From assembly GCA_014905635.1 (NCBI GenBank), contig JABVCE010000027.1, forward strand, positions 1 through 64,000: a stretch of DNA of 64,000 bases, in the 5' to 3' direction. Shown in pieces: positions 12,333 through 24,025 of the stretch. The notes under the pieces are model-generated. The model had not been told where the DNA came from, ran no database searches, and was given only the letters and a program-made list of their open reading frames with translations. This stretch comes from Scenedesmus sp. PABB004 (taxonomy: Eukaryota). The number at the start of each line of letters is the position of its first letter. Position 1 is the first letter of the stretch. The position numbers and the translations under genes are program-made.

Positions 12333-15300
12333 TTTTTTTTTTTTTTTTTTTTTTTTACAATGGTTGACCAGACAAGGACCGAGGCCCAGGGGCAGCCCAC
12401 TGAAAAAAGCTCCAACGGGAAGAGCGCAGCAACCCCTCGTGAAAAACCGCGCCCCGGCGCCCCCGAGAGGGGGCCCACACATCACCCAACGGCACAGCCA
12501 GAGGCCAACGCCCAACGGGCGCCCAAGGAGACCAGGTGATGCCCCGCAATCAAAGGGGCAGCAGCAGATCAGGCCGCACACCCCCCTTCCGGTGCGGCGA
12601 GCCGCACCGGGCCTCGGTGCAGCGAGGTGCACCGGCCCCAAGCCTCCGCGCGGAGATCACGCGCAAACGCCATCCACGCTGGCGGCGGCAGGGGCCGGCC
12701 TCAGCGGCATCAGCCCCCGCGCCGCGCGACGACACACGCACACACCAGGGGGCAGCAGTTGGCTTTGCTGCAAAAACCCCTGAGAAAGCCGCGCACCGAT
12801 GAGAAAGCCGCCCCACCGGGCAGGCAGCACGCCAAGCCGCCGCGCACGGAGCGCGTGCAGCCGCCAAACACGCCGGCGGCGCCAGGGGCCGGCCCCATCG
12901 GCTGCAGCCCCCTCGCCGCGCGACGACCAACACGCAGACACCAGCCCCGCGGCACGGGCGGACACCGCCCAACCTTGCACGCTGCAGAAGAAGCGCGACA
13001 CGCAGCCAGCCGGGGTCGCAGCAAGCCCGGCCGCGGACCCCCCGGCCCCTGCAGCTAGCCGCCGCGCTGTGCCGCCGCCGCCGCCGCCGCCGCCGCCGCG
13101 GGGTCCTGCGCCGCCGGCGGGCCAGCGCCGGCGCCGCCGGCAGCGCCGGCACGCCCGCTGCGGTGAGCCGGAACTCCATTGTGAAGCGGCCCCCGTGCTG
13201 GCCCGTGCGCGCGATGACCCCTCGGTGGCACCACCGGCGTTCGAAATCTGCCTGAGTGAGCTCCTTGCCGGAGCCCGACAGCCAGGAGCGCGGCACGCCC
13301 GCCAGCGCGCGCACGTCCATCGCTGCCTTTCGCCAGTCCAGCACGACTGCGTCGCGCACCGAGTACACAAAGATGCGAATCGCCGCCACAGGCGCGTGCC
13401 CGGGCTGGCCGCCGCCGTGCCGCGCGCGCGCGGCGAGCAGGGCGCGCAGCAGCAGCAGGCGGAGGTGCGTCCAGAGCTGCTGCAGCTCCGGCGCGACGCC
13501 CGACCTGGCAAAGTCGTCCGCCAGCATCACCCTGGGCGGGGCGGCGCGCGCGGGAAGCCCGGCTGCAGCCGCGCCCAGAGGTGAGCAAACCACTGCAGCA
13601 CCGCCGCCGCCACGGGGCAGCCGCCGAGGACGTGGCCGAGCGTCTCCAGCGGCGGCTGCTGCTGCGCGCGGCAGAGCGGGTGCGGGCACGCCAGCTCCGC
13701 CAGCTCCGGCGCCGCGCGCTGGTAAGAGAAGACCCTGTCGCCGCTGACGCGCACCCCGCCGTGCAGCAGGCTCCAGCCAAAGTGTCGCAGGGCGCGCGGC
13801 ATGCGCGCCTGCTGCGCGCGCGCGTAGCAGGCGGCCCAGGCGGGCGGCTCCGCGCGCTCGCCGGCGCGCGGCGGCGCAGTCGCACCAGTGAGCGGGTCGA
13901 CCAGGTCGTTGGCCGCCGGCTCCTGAACCAGGGTCCTGCGCTGCTCCAGCTGCTGCTCCCGCCGCTGCTCCTGCTCCTCGCGCCGCGCCGCGGCGGCAGC
14001 GGCCGCCGCCGGCCCGACGCGCTCCATGACGTGGCGCCGCGGGGGCGAGACTTTCTGCCACGCCGGCAGCCCAGGCTCCGGGTCTGGCGTCTCGGCCCGC
14101 TGCCGCGCCGCCCAGCTGCGCTTCTGGCCCGCCTCCCGCCGCGCGATGGCGCTGGCCGGGCATGCCTGGCCGTAGCCGGCGCGCCAGAGGCCCGGCACGC
14201 AGCCAACGCCGGGCGTCCAGCCCCCTGCCGGCGTGACCTCGCGCGCGCAGCGCAGCTGCAGCAGCCGCAGGGTCGCGCCGCGCACCGTAAACTGCATGAC
14301 CGTGGCCGCGTGCCCGAGCCCCCACACGGAGGGGTCGACGCGGACGTCAGGCCAAAAGCCCACGAGGAACCATCGCCGCGCCCTGCTGCGCATCTCCGGC
14401 TGCTCCGCCGGCGCCGCTGCCCCGGGCGCTCCGGCCGCCGCGCGCTGCGCGCCCGCCGCTGGCCGCGGCGCCTGCGCCGCGTCCACCACGCAGCAGTCCT
14501 CCCACCCCCCGCCGCGACTATCTCGGGCGGGGCTCGGCGGTGCGGAGCCTGCTGTCAGGCCCCACCTCGAAGAAGCACGCCGCTGCCGCGCCCAGCGCCC
14601 ACCGCCGTACCCACCGCACAGCGGGCGGCGGCGGCGGCGGCTGCGGCGGCTGCTCCACCGGCAGCGCCGCCAGCGGCTGCTGGGGCTGCTGCACCTCGCC
14701 GCCGCCCGGCGACGGCGGCGCCGCGCTGGGCCGCAGCGCCTGCCAACCCGGCGCGCTCGGCCCGCTGCGCGCGAGCGCCTGCTGCCACTCACCCGGCATG
14801 ACGACGCCGTCGGCGGCCGGCCGCCCCGGCAGGCGCGGCGCCGCCTGCCCGAGGCTGTCGCTGCGCAGCTCCGCGGGCAGGTCCTCGAGCGACGCGATGC
14901 GCGCGCCGCCCAGGGCCGCGCCGACGCTGCAGTTGCCCACCAGGGCCTCCACCCTGATCTGCTCCACGGTCATGCTGCCGTGGGGGATCACCCGGTGCAC
15001 GCCGAGAGCCGCAAACGCGCAGGCGATCGCGCCCCACCGCCACGGCAGCTGCGCCCGCAGCTCCAGCGCGGTGCCCTGCACGAGGGCGGCGGTGCCCCGG
15101 CCAGGCAGCGCGCGCGCGAAGCGCGCCGCCGCGGGTGGCTTCCAGGCCGCCCCCACCGGGTGCAGCAGCCTGGCGGCCGTCTTGGCCAGCATTGCCGTGG
15201 TGAAGGCCGCGACGTCGACCTGCGCCTCGCCGCCCATGCTCGCGGGCAGGCACGCGATGGCCGCCCGCGGAACCTGCCTGATAATGCGGTTGTCGCTCTC

Positions 15301-17562
15301 GCGGATGCACCAGTTGCCGACGATGTAGGCGGTGACGCGCCGCTGGATGAGGCGCAGGAGGTCGGCCGGCACCGGCACAAACTGCGCGTGCCAGCCCACG
15401 CAGGCCGCGAGCACCTGGCGCGCAACGTGCCGGCGGCCCGGGCGCGTGAGCGCGTACCGCGACCAGTGCGCGATGCGGCAGGTGATGGTGCGCAGCCGCT
15501 CGCGGTAAAGCTGCGCCGCGTGCCGCTCGACGCCGGTGGCAGAGAGCAGCACGCCCAGGTGCCTGATCGGCGCCTGCTCTGTGTCCGGGAAGCACACGCC
15601 CGTGCTGCACTCGACCAGCTGCCCGCTGCCATCTGGCTGCAGCTGCAGCGCCGGGTGGTCGCCCAGCAGCATGCCCTTGCACTTGGCCAGGTTGAGCTGC
15701 GCGCCGCTGGCCAGGCAGAACGGCGCGACGGCGCCGTCCAGCAGCCGCTTGGCGCTCTCCACTGACGCTGCGTGCAGGGTGGTGTCGTCTGCGTGCTGGT
15801 GGCAGCAGGGCGCCGGCCCTGCGCCGCCGGGCAGCTGCAAGCTGGCAAAGCCGGGCTGCCGCTGCACGCGCCGGCACATGGCCGCCAGCGGCTGCGCCGC
15901 CAGCACATACAGCAGCGGGCTGAGCGGGCTGCCCTGCGCGCAGCCCGACGCCACGCTGAACTCGCGGCTGACATGGCCGTCGTTGAAGGCGACGCGCGCC
16001 CGCGTGCCTGCGAGCAGCAGGCGGACCCAGCGCGTGGTTGCGTCGGGCAGGCCCATGCGCGCGAGGCACCTGAACAGCCAGCCGCGGTCGAGGCGGTCGT
16101 AGGCCTTGGCAAAGTCGAGGAACAGCAGGCAGCCCGGCGCGCGCGTCTCGCGCGCGTGGTCGATCGCCTCCAGGTGCATGAGCACGTTGTCGGCGATGTC
16201 CCGGCCCGGCACAAACGCCGTCTGCGTGCCGTCGACGATGGAGCCGAGCGCGGGCGCGAGCCGCTGCACGATGGCCTTGGCTGCGATCTTGGTGTCTGTG
16301 TTGAGCAGCGTGATGGGGCGGTAGCTGCTGACCGCCTCGCGCGGCTGGCCGCCCTTGTGGACCAGCGTGATGAGCCCGAGCCGCTGCGTCGCCGCGAGCT
16401 GCGGCGCGCCGGCTGCCTGGTTGAGGTAGTGATAGTTGAAGGCATGGACGAGCGGCTCGCCCAGCACCTCCCACAGGGCCGCGTAGGCCTCGCAGGTGAG
16501 GCCGTCGCTGCCCGGCGCCGCGCCGCGCGGCAGGCTGGCCAGCGCCGCCGTCGCCTCGGCGAACGTGAGCAGCCCCTCGGGGTCCTCGCCGCGGCAGGCC
16601 CGCTGCTCGGCTGCCGAGAGCTGCCGGTCCAGCGCGTCCAGCATGCAGTCCTGCTGCTGCTGGTCGGTCGGCCGGACGCCGAACATGCCGCCCGCACGTC
16701 CGCGTCGAAGAAGTCGGCGATGATGCGGCCGCCCTCCTGGACGCCTGCCCTGGAGGTAAGCGGCACGGCGGGCTGGCCCGGGCGGGCGAGCGCGTGAATT
16801 GGCTGCGCGCCGCCCGGCGCGCGGCCCAGGCGGTGGAACCAGCGGCTGGGCCCCTCGCCGCACTCTTCCCATACCGCCTCCAGAGCGTCCGCCTGCTGCC
16901 GCCGCTGCGCCGCCTCCGCCGCGGCGAGCGCCCGCTCTGCGGCGAGGGCGTTAGCGGCGGCCTCGGGGCAGCCGTACTGCTGGCTGCCTGCCGCCCAGCG
17001 CGCTGCGCGCAGCGCGTGCCGCAGCTGGTGGAGCTCCTGCTGCTCCTGCTGCCGCATCTCCGCACGCAGCTCCGCCGCGATGCGCCGCACACTCTGTTTG
17101 AGCTGCTCAAACAGCTCGCCCGGGTCCAGCCCTGCGTCCCGCAGCTGCTGCGCGGCAGCTGCCACACGGTCGCGGAGCTCGGCCCGGCGGCTGGCGCAGG
17201 CGAGCAGGTCGTTGGGGAACGTCCAGCGTCGCCGCCCAGCCAGCGGCTGTCCCGGCCGCTGCAGGCTGACGCTGACCGGCCTATGGTCGCTGTGGCACAG
17301 CGGGTGGTGCGCCGCACCGACCAGCCAGTGGTCGGCGAGCTCCTGCGCCACGAACCACGCGTCGATGCGGCCACCGTGCACCGCCCCGTCGCGCCGCTGG
17401 TAGTGCGTGGGCTGCGCGCGGAGCTGCGGCGCCACGCGCAGCAGCGCGTCGACGACGCCCGCCGCCGCGTTGGCGCGGGCGAGGTCCGCGCCGCCGTGGC
17501 ACCTGCGAGACCGCGCCGCCGCCTGCCCCGGCAGGGGCTGGACGTCAGCCGGCGAGACGTTT
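12333..17562 (-). mobile_element. 5'-truncated L1-clade non-LTR retrotransposon (possibly Zepp-like)
   Basis: Poly(T) 12333-12356 next to TTACA (TGTAA signal on minus strand); TSD CCGTTTCCCC(T) at 12323-12333 and 17563-17573; APE-RT-CCHC ORF2 on minus strand. Confidence 0.95.
13055..17562 (-). pseudogene. LINE ORF2 (APE endonuclease C-terminus, RT, CCHC zinc finger); truncated, at least 3 frameshifts, C-terminal end approximate
   Basis: GRIDAWF..SDHRPV (APE); APGSDGL, YRPITLLNTDTK, LDFAKAYD, GCAQGSPLSPLLY, QHADD (RT); CPHPLC..ETLGHVLGGC. Confidence 0.88.
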
Positions 17563-20500
17563 CCGTTTCCCCTGCCCCGCCGCCCCTGCGGAGCGGAGGT
17601 GCGGGGCTCCAACGGGCTGCCCCGGCACGCGCTGCGCCGCCGAGGTCCGCCGCCGGCGGCCGCGCCGCGCCGCGGGCCGCGCGCCGCCCGCGCGCGCGCC
17701 GCTCGGCGGCGCCGCGGCGCAGCGCTGCCGGGCGCCGTTTCCCCTGCCCCGCCGCCCCTGCGGAGCGGAGGTGCGGGGCTCCAACGGGCTGCCCCGGCAC
17801 GCGCTGCGCCGCCGAGGTCCGCCGCCGGCGGCCGCGCCGCGCCGCGGGCCGCGCGCCGCCCGCGCGCGCGCCGCTCGGCGGCGCCGCGGCGCAGCGCTGC
17901 CGGGCGCCGTTTCCCCTGCCCCGCCGCCCCTGCGGAGCGGAGGTGCGGGGCTCCAACGGGCTGCCCCGGCACGCGCTGCGCCGCCGAGGTCCGCCGCCGG
18001 CGGCCGCGCCGCGCCGCGGGCCGCGCGCCGCCCGCGCGCGCGCCGCTCGGCGGCGCCGCGGCGCAGCGCTGCCGGGCGCCGTTTCCCCTGCCCCGCCGCC
18101 CCTGCGGAGCGGAGGTGCGGGGCTCCAACGGGCTGCCCCGGCACGCGCTGCGCCGCCGAGGTCCGCCGCCGGCGGCCGCGCCGCGCCGCGGGCCGCGCGC
18201 CGCCCGCGCGCGCGCCGCTCGGCGGCGCCGCGGCGCAGCGCTGCCGGGCGCCGTTTCCCCTGCCCCGCCGCCCCTGCGGAGCGGAGGTGCGGGGCTCCAA
18301 CGGGCTGCCCCGGCACGCGCTGCGCCGCCGAGGTCCGCCGCCGGCGGCCGCGCCGCGCCGCGGGCCGCGCGCCGCCCGCGCGCGCGCCGCTCGGCGGCGC
18401 CGCGGCGCAGCGCTGCCGGGCGCCGTTTCCCCTGCCCCGCCGCCCCTGCGGAGCGGAGGTGCGGGGCTCCAACGGGCTGCCCCGGCACGCGCTGCGCCGC
18501 CGAGGTCCGCCGCCGGCGGCCGCGCCGCGCCGCGGGCCGCGCGCCGCCCGCGCGCGCGCCGCTCGGCGGCGCCGCGGCGCAGCGCTGCCGGGCGCCGTTT
18601 CCCCTGCCCCGCCGCCCCTGCGGAGCGGAGGTGCGGGGCTCCAACGGGCTGCCCCGGCACGCGCTGCGCCGCCGAGGTCCGCCGCCGGCGGCCGCGCCGC
18701 GCCGCGGGCGCGCGCCGCCCGCGCGCGCGCCGCTCGGCGGCGCCGCGGCGCAGCGCTGCCGGGCGCCGTTTCCCCTGCCCCGCCGCCCCTGCGGAGCGGA
18801 GGTGCGGGGCTCCAACGGGCTGCCCCGGCACGCGCTGCGCCGCCGAGGTCCGCCGCCGGCGGCCGCGCCGCGCCGCGGGCCGCGCGCCGCCCGCGCGCGC
18901 GCCGCTCGGCGGCGCCGCGGCGCAGCGCTGCCGGGCGCCGTTTCCCCTGCCCCGCCGCCCCTGCGGAGCGGAGGTGCGGGGCTCCAACGGGCTGCCCCGG
19001 CACGCGCTGCGCCGCCGAGGTCCGCCGCCGGCGGCCGCGCCGCGCCGCGGGCCGCGCGCCGCCCGCGCGCGCGCCGCTCGGCGGCGCCGCGGCGCAGCGC
19101 TGCCGGGCGCCGTTTCCCCTGCCCCGCCGCCCCTGCGGAGCGGAGGTGCGGGGCTCCAACGGGCTGCCCCGGCACGCGCTGCGCCGCCGAGGTCCGCCGC
19201 CGGCGGCCGCGCCGCGCCGCGGGCCGCGCGCCGCCCGCGCGCGCGCCGCTCGGCGGCGCCGCGGCGCAGCGCTGCCGGGCGCCGTTTCCCCTGCCCCGCC
19301 GCCCCTGCGGAGCGGAGGTGCGGGGCTCCAACGGGCTGCCCCGGCACGCGCTGCGCCGCCGAGGTCCGCCGCCGGCGGCCGCGCCGCGCCGCGGGCCGCG
19401 CGCCGCCCGCGCGCGCGCCGCTCGGCGGCGCCGCGGCGCAGCGCTGCCGGGCGCCGTTTCCCCTGCCCCGCCGCCCCTGCGGAGCGGAGGTGCGGGGCTC
19501 CAACGGGCTGCCCCGGCACGCGCTGCGCCGCCGAGGTCCGCCGCCGGCGGCCGCGCCGCGCCGCGGGCCGCGCGCCGCCCGCGCGCGCGCCGCTCGGCGG
19601 CGCCGCGGCGCAGCGCTGCCGGGCGCCGTTTCCCCTGCCCCGCCGCCCCTGCGGAGCGGAGGTGCGGGGCTCCAACGGGCTGCCCCGGCACGCGCTGCGC
19701 CGCCGAGGTCCGCCGCCGGCGGCCGCGCCGCGCCGCGGGCCGCGCGCCGCCCGCGCGCGCGCCGCTCGGCGGCGCCGCGGCGCAGCGCTGCCGGGCGCCG
19801 TTTCCCCTGCCCCGCCGCCCCTGCGGAGCGGAGGTGCGGGGCTCCAACGGGCTGCCCCGGCACGCGCTGCGCCGCCGAGGTCCGCCGCCGGCGGCCGCGC
19901 CGCGCCGCGGGCCGCGCGCCGCCCGCGCGCGCGCCGCTCGGCGGCGCCGCGGCGCAGCGCTGCCGGGCGCCGTTTCCCCTGCCCCGCCGCCCCTGCGGAG
20001 CGGAGGTGCGGGGCTCCAACGGGCTGCCCCGGCACGCGCTGCGCCGCCGAGGTCCGCCGCCGGCGGCCGCGCCGCGCCGCGGGCCGCGCGCCGCCCGCGC
20101 GCGCGCCGCTCGGCGGCGCCGCGGCGCAGCGCTGCCGGGCGCCGTTTCCCCTGCCCCGCCGCCCCTGCGGAGCGGAGGTGCGGGGCTCCAACGGGCTGCC
20201 CCGGCACGCGCTGCGCCGCCGAGGTCCGCCGCCGGCGGCCGCGCCGCGCCGCGGGCCGCGCGCCGCCCGCGCGCGCGCCGCTCGGCGGCGCCGCGGCGCA
20301 GCGCTGCCGGCGCCGTTTCCCCTGCCCCGCCGCCCCTGCGGAGCGGAGGTGCGGGGCTCCAACGGGCTGCCCCGGCACGCGCTGCGCCGCCGAGGTCCGC
20401 CGCCGGCGGCCGCGCCGCGCCGCGGGCCGCGCGCCGCCCGCGCGCGCGCCGCTCGGCGGCGCCGCGGCGCAGCGCTGCCGGGCGCCGTTTCCCCTGCCCC

Positions 20501-22778
20501 GCCGCCCCTGCGGAGCGGAGGTGCGGGGCTCCAACGGGCTGCCCCGGCACGCGCTGCGCCGCCGAGGTCCGCCGCCGGCGGCCGCGCCGCGCCGCGGGCC
20601 GCGCGCCGCCCGCGCGCGCGCCGCGCGGCGCTCGGCGGCGCGCGGCGCAGCGCTGCCGGGCGCCGTTTCCCCTGCCCCGCCGCCCCTGCGGAGCGGAGGT
20701 GCGGGGCTCCAACGGGCTGCCCCGGCACGCGCTGCGCCGCCGAGGTCCGCCGCCGGCGGCCGCGCCGCGCCGCGGGCCGCGCGCCGCCCGCGCGCGCGCC
20801 GCTCGGCGGCGCCGCGGCGCAGCGCTGCCGGCGCCGTTTCCCCTGCCCCGCCGCCCCTGCGGAGCGGAGGTGCGGGGCTCCAACGGGCTGCCCCGGCACG
20901 CGCTGCGCCGCCGAGGTCCGCCGCCGGCGGCCGCGCCGCGCCGCGGGCCGCGCGCCGCCCGCGCGCGCGCCGCTCGGCGGCGCCGCGGCGCAGCGCTGCC
21001 GGGCGCCGTTTCCCCTGCCCCGCCGCCCCTGCGGAGCGGAGGTGCGGGGCTCCAACGGGCTGCCCCGGCACGCGCTGCGCCGCCGAGGTCCGCCGCCGGC
21101 GGCCGCGCCGCGCCGCGGGCCGCGCGCCGCCCGCGCGCGCGCCGCTCGGCGGCGCCGCGGCGCAGCGCTGCCGGGCGCCGTTTCCCCTGCCCCGCCGCCC
21201 CTGCGGAGCGGAGGTGCGGGGCTCCAACGGGCTGCCCCGGCACGCGCTGCGCCGCCGAGGTCCGCCGCCGGCGGCCGCGCCGCGCCGCGGGCCGCGCGCC
21301 GCCCGCGCGCGCGCGCTCGGCGGCGCCGCGGCGCAGCGCTGCCGGGCGCCGTTTCCCCTGCCCCGCCGCCCCTGCGGAGCGGAGGTGCGGGGCTCCAACG
21401 GGCTGCCCCGGCACGCGCTGCGCCGCCGAGGTCCGCCGCCGGCGGCCGCGCCGCGCCGCGGGCCGCGCGCCGCCCGCGCGCGCGCCGCTCGGCGGCGCCG
21501 CGGCGCAGCGCTGCCGGGCGCCGTTTCCCCTGCCCCGCCGCCCCTGCGGAGCGGAGGTGCGGGGCTCCAACGGGCTGCCCCGGCACGCGCTGCGCCGCCG
21601 AGGTCCGCCGCCGGCGGCCGCGCCGCGCCGCGGGCCGCGCGCCGCCCGCGCGCGCGCCGCTCGGCGGCGCCGCGGCGCAGCGCTGCCGGGCGCCGTTTCC
21701 CCTGCCCCGCCGCCCCTGCGGAGCGGAGGTGCGGGGCTCCAACGGGCTGCCCCGGCACGCGCTGCGCCGCCGAGGTCCGCCGCCGGCGGCCGCGCCGCGC
21801 CGCGGGCCGCGCGCCGCCCGCGCGCGCGCCGCTCGGCGGCGCCGCGGCGCAGCGCTGCCGGGCGCCGTTTCCCCTGCCCCGCCGCCCCTGCGGAGCGGAG
21901 GTGCGGGGCTCCAACGGGCTGCCCCGGCACGCGCTGCGCCGCCGAGGTCCGCCGCCGGCGGCCGCGCCGCGCCGCGGGCCGCGCGCCGCCCGCGCGCGCG
22001 CCGCTCGGCGGCGCCGCGGCGCAGCGCTGCCGGGCGCCGTTTCCCCTGCCCCGCCGCCCCTGCGGAGCGGAGGTGCGGGGCTCCAACGGGCTGCCCCGGC
22101 ACGCGCTGCGCCGCCGAGGTCCGCCGCCGGCGGCCGCGCCGCGCCGCGGGCCGCGCGCCGCCCGCGCGCGCGCCGCTCGGCGGCGCCGCGGCGCAGCGCT
22201 GCCGGGCGCCGTTTCCCCTGCCCCGCCGCCCCTGCGGAGCGGAGGTGCGGGGCTCCAACGGGCTGCCCCGGCACGCGCTGCGCCGCCGAGGTCCGCCGCC
22301 GGCGGCCGCGCCGCGCCGCGGGCCGCGCGCCGCCCCGCGCGCGCCGCTCGGCGGCGCCGCGGCGCAGCGCTGCCGGGCGCCGTTTCCCCTGCCCCGCCGG
22401 CCCTGCGGAGCGGAGGTGCGGGGCTCCAACGGGCTGCCCCGGCACGCGCTGCGCCGCCGAGGTCCGCCGCCGGCGGCCGCGCCGCGCCGCGGGCCGCGCG
22501 CCGCCCGCGCGCGCGCCGCTCGGCGGCGCCGCGGCGCAGCGCTGCCGGGCGCCGTTTCCCCTGCCCCGCCGCCCCTGCGGAGCGGAGGTGCGGGGCTCCA
22601 ACGGGCTGCCCCGGCACGCGCTGCGCCGCCGAGCGCCGCCGCCGGCGGCCGCGCCGCGCCGCGGGCCGCGCGCCGCCCGCGCGCGCGCCGCTCGGCGGCG
22701 CCGCGGCGCAGCGCTGCCGGGCGCCGTTTCCCCTGCCCCGCCGCCCCTGCGGAGCGGAGGTGCGGGGCTCCAACGGGC
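17563..22778 (+). repeat. 172-bp satellite, segment 4
   Basis: About 30 monomers; period measured from CTCCAAC at 17607 and 17779 is 172. Confidence 0.97.
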
Positions 22779-22852
22779 TTTTTTTTTTTTGTTTTTTGTT
22801 ACAATGGGTGACCAGACAAGGACCGAGGCCCAGGGGCAGCCCACTGAAAAAA
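22779..22852 (-). mobile_element. ~75-bp LINE 3' stub
   Basis: T-rich tail plus TTACAATGGGTGACCAGACAAGG...CACTGAAAAAA, flanked by duplicated GCTCCAACGGGC(T). Confidence 0.9.
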
Positions 22853-23223
22853 GCTCCAACGGGCTGCCCCGGCACGCGCTGCGCCGCCGAGGTCCGCCGC
22901 CGGCGGCCGTGCCGCGCCGCGGGCCGCGCGCCGCCCGCGCGCGCGCCGCTCGGCGGCGCCGCGGCGCAGCGCTGCCGGGCGCCGTTTCCCCTGCCCCGCC
23001 GGCCCTGCGGAGCGGAGGTGCGGGGCTCCAACGGGCTGCCCCGGCACGCGCTGCGCCGCCGAGGTCCGCCGCCGGCGGCCGCGCCGCGCCGCGGGCCGCG
23101 CGCCGCCCGCGCGCGCGCCGCTCGGCGGCGCCGCGGCGCAGCGCTGCCGGGCGCCGTTTCCCCTGCCCCGCCGCCCCTGCGGAGCGGAGGTGCGGGGCTC
23201 CAACGGGCTGCCCCGGCACGCGC
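22853..23223 (+). repeat. 172-bp satellite, segment 5
   Basis: About 2 monomers. Confidence 0.95.
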
Positions 23224-23522
23224 TGTTGAAGGTCCTGGGCTGTCTGGTCTGCTTGCAGGCCAGCCCGCAGCAGCAGCAGCGCCCTCGCGCGCCCACGCGT
23301 GCGCGCGTGCGCTGCTGAGCTGTTTCAGCAAGAGTTTCACTGCGAGAGCCGGGGGCTCAGAACTCCAGTGGAGTACACACCACCGTGAGCAGAAGGGTGA
23401 ACACGAGAAGTTCCCAGCCTGCCGCGTGCCCTATAAAGGCTCCGCGTGCCACCGGCGCTTGTAACGAAGCACTCTGCCGCACCCAATCAGCGCTCTCGCG
23501 ATCACAACACCACCGCGCAACA

Positions 23523-23534
23523 GGTTATGAGCCC
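23523..23534 (+). promoter_or_regulatory. Primer binding site, half-tRNA-iMet type
   Basis: GGTTATGAGCCC is the complement of GGGCUCAUAACC (anticodon stem-loop of tRNA-iMet). Confidence 0.85.
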
Positions 23535-24025
23535 ATCCCGGCTCTGACCTTCACGCTCCATCCGCTGCGCCACCCCGGTGGTTCATCGCATCGAGACGCT
23601 CAGTGCTTTCGTTCCGTGCGTCAGCGCCAAGTCTGCGACACCGCGCGAAGCCGGCAAGCCCAGCCATCTGCTGCGGCCCGAGCCCGAGCTTCGAGGGGAC
23701 GCCCTCCAGCGCTCCGTGTCTTCCAGACGCGCTTTGGTGACTCAGCTGAGTCGCTCACGCACGCGCGCACCGCCCCGGCAAGGCGGTAGCCTGACAGCAG
23801 CAGCCGGCATCCTTGCCTGCCGCGTGAGCTGCCCCTGTGCAGCCCGCGAGCGCCGCGCCACGCGCGTCAGTTCAGCGGTTTGAAGCAGCTCTCATCGCGG
23901 CGCGCGCCGCGTGTACTCGAGCGCTTCCACTCAAGTCTTCGCCGCACTGCTCTGCCCGCCCGCAGGCGCCTACGGACTACGGACGCGCCCGGGCCACGGC
24001 TGCAGTCCTACAGGCTACAGACATC

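Noticed and set aside
6804..22778. CRISPR-like or spacer-bearing array
   Set aside because: Monomers are contiguous and near-identical with no unique spacers; no cas genes; eukaryotic context
6695..23464. Giant 1300-2700 aa Arg/Ala/Pro/Gly ORFs in all six frames
   Set aside because: The 172-bp monomer has no stop codon in any frame; these are translation artefacts of the satellite
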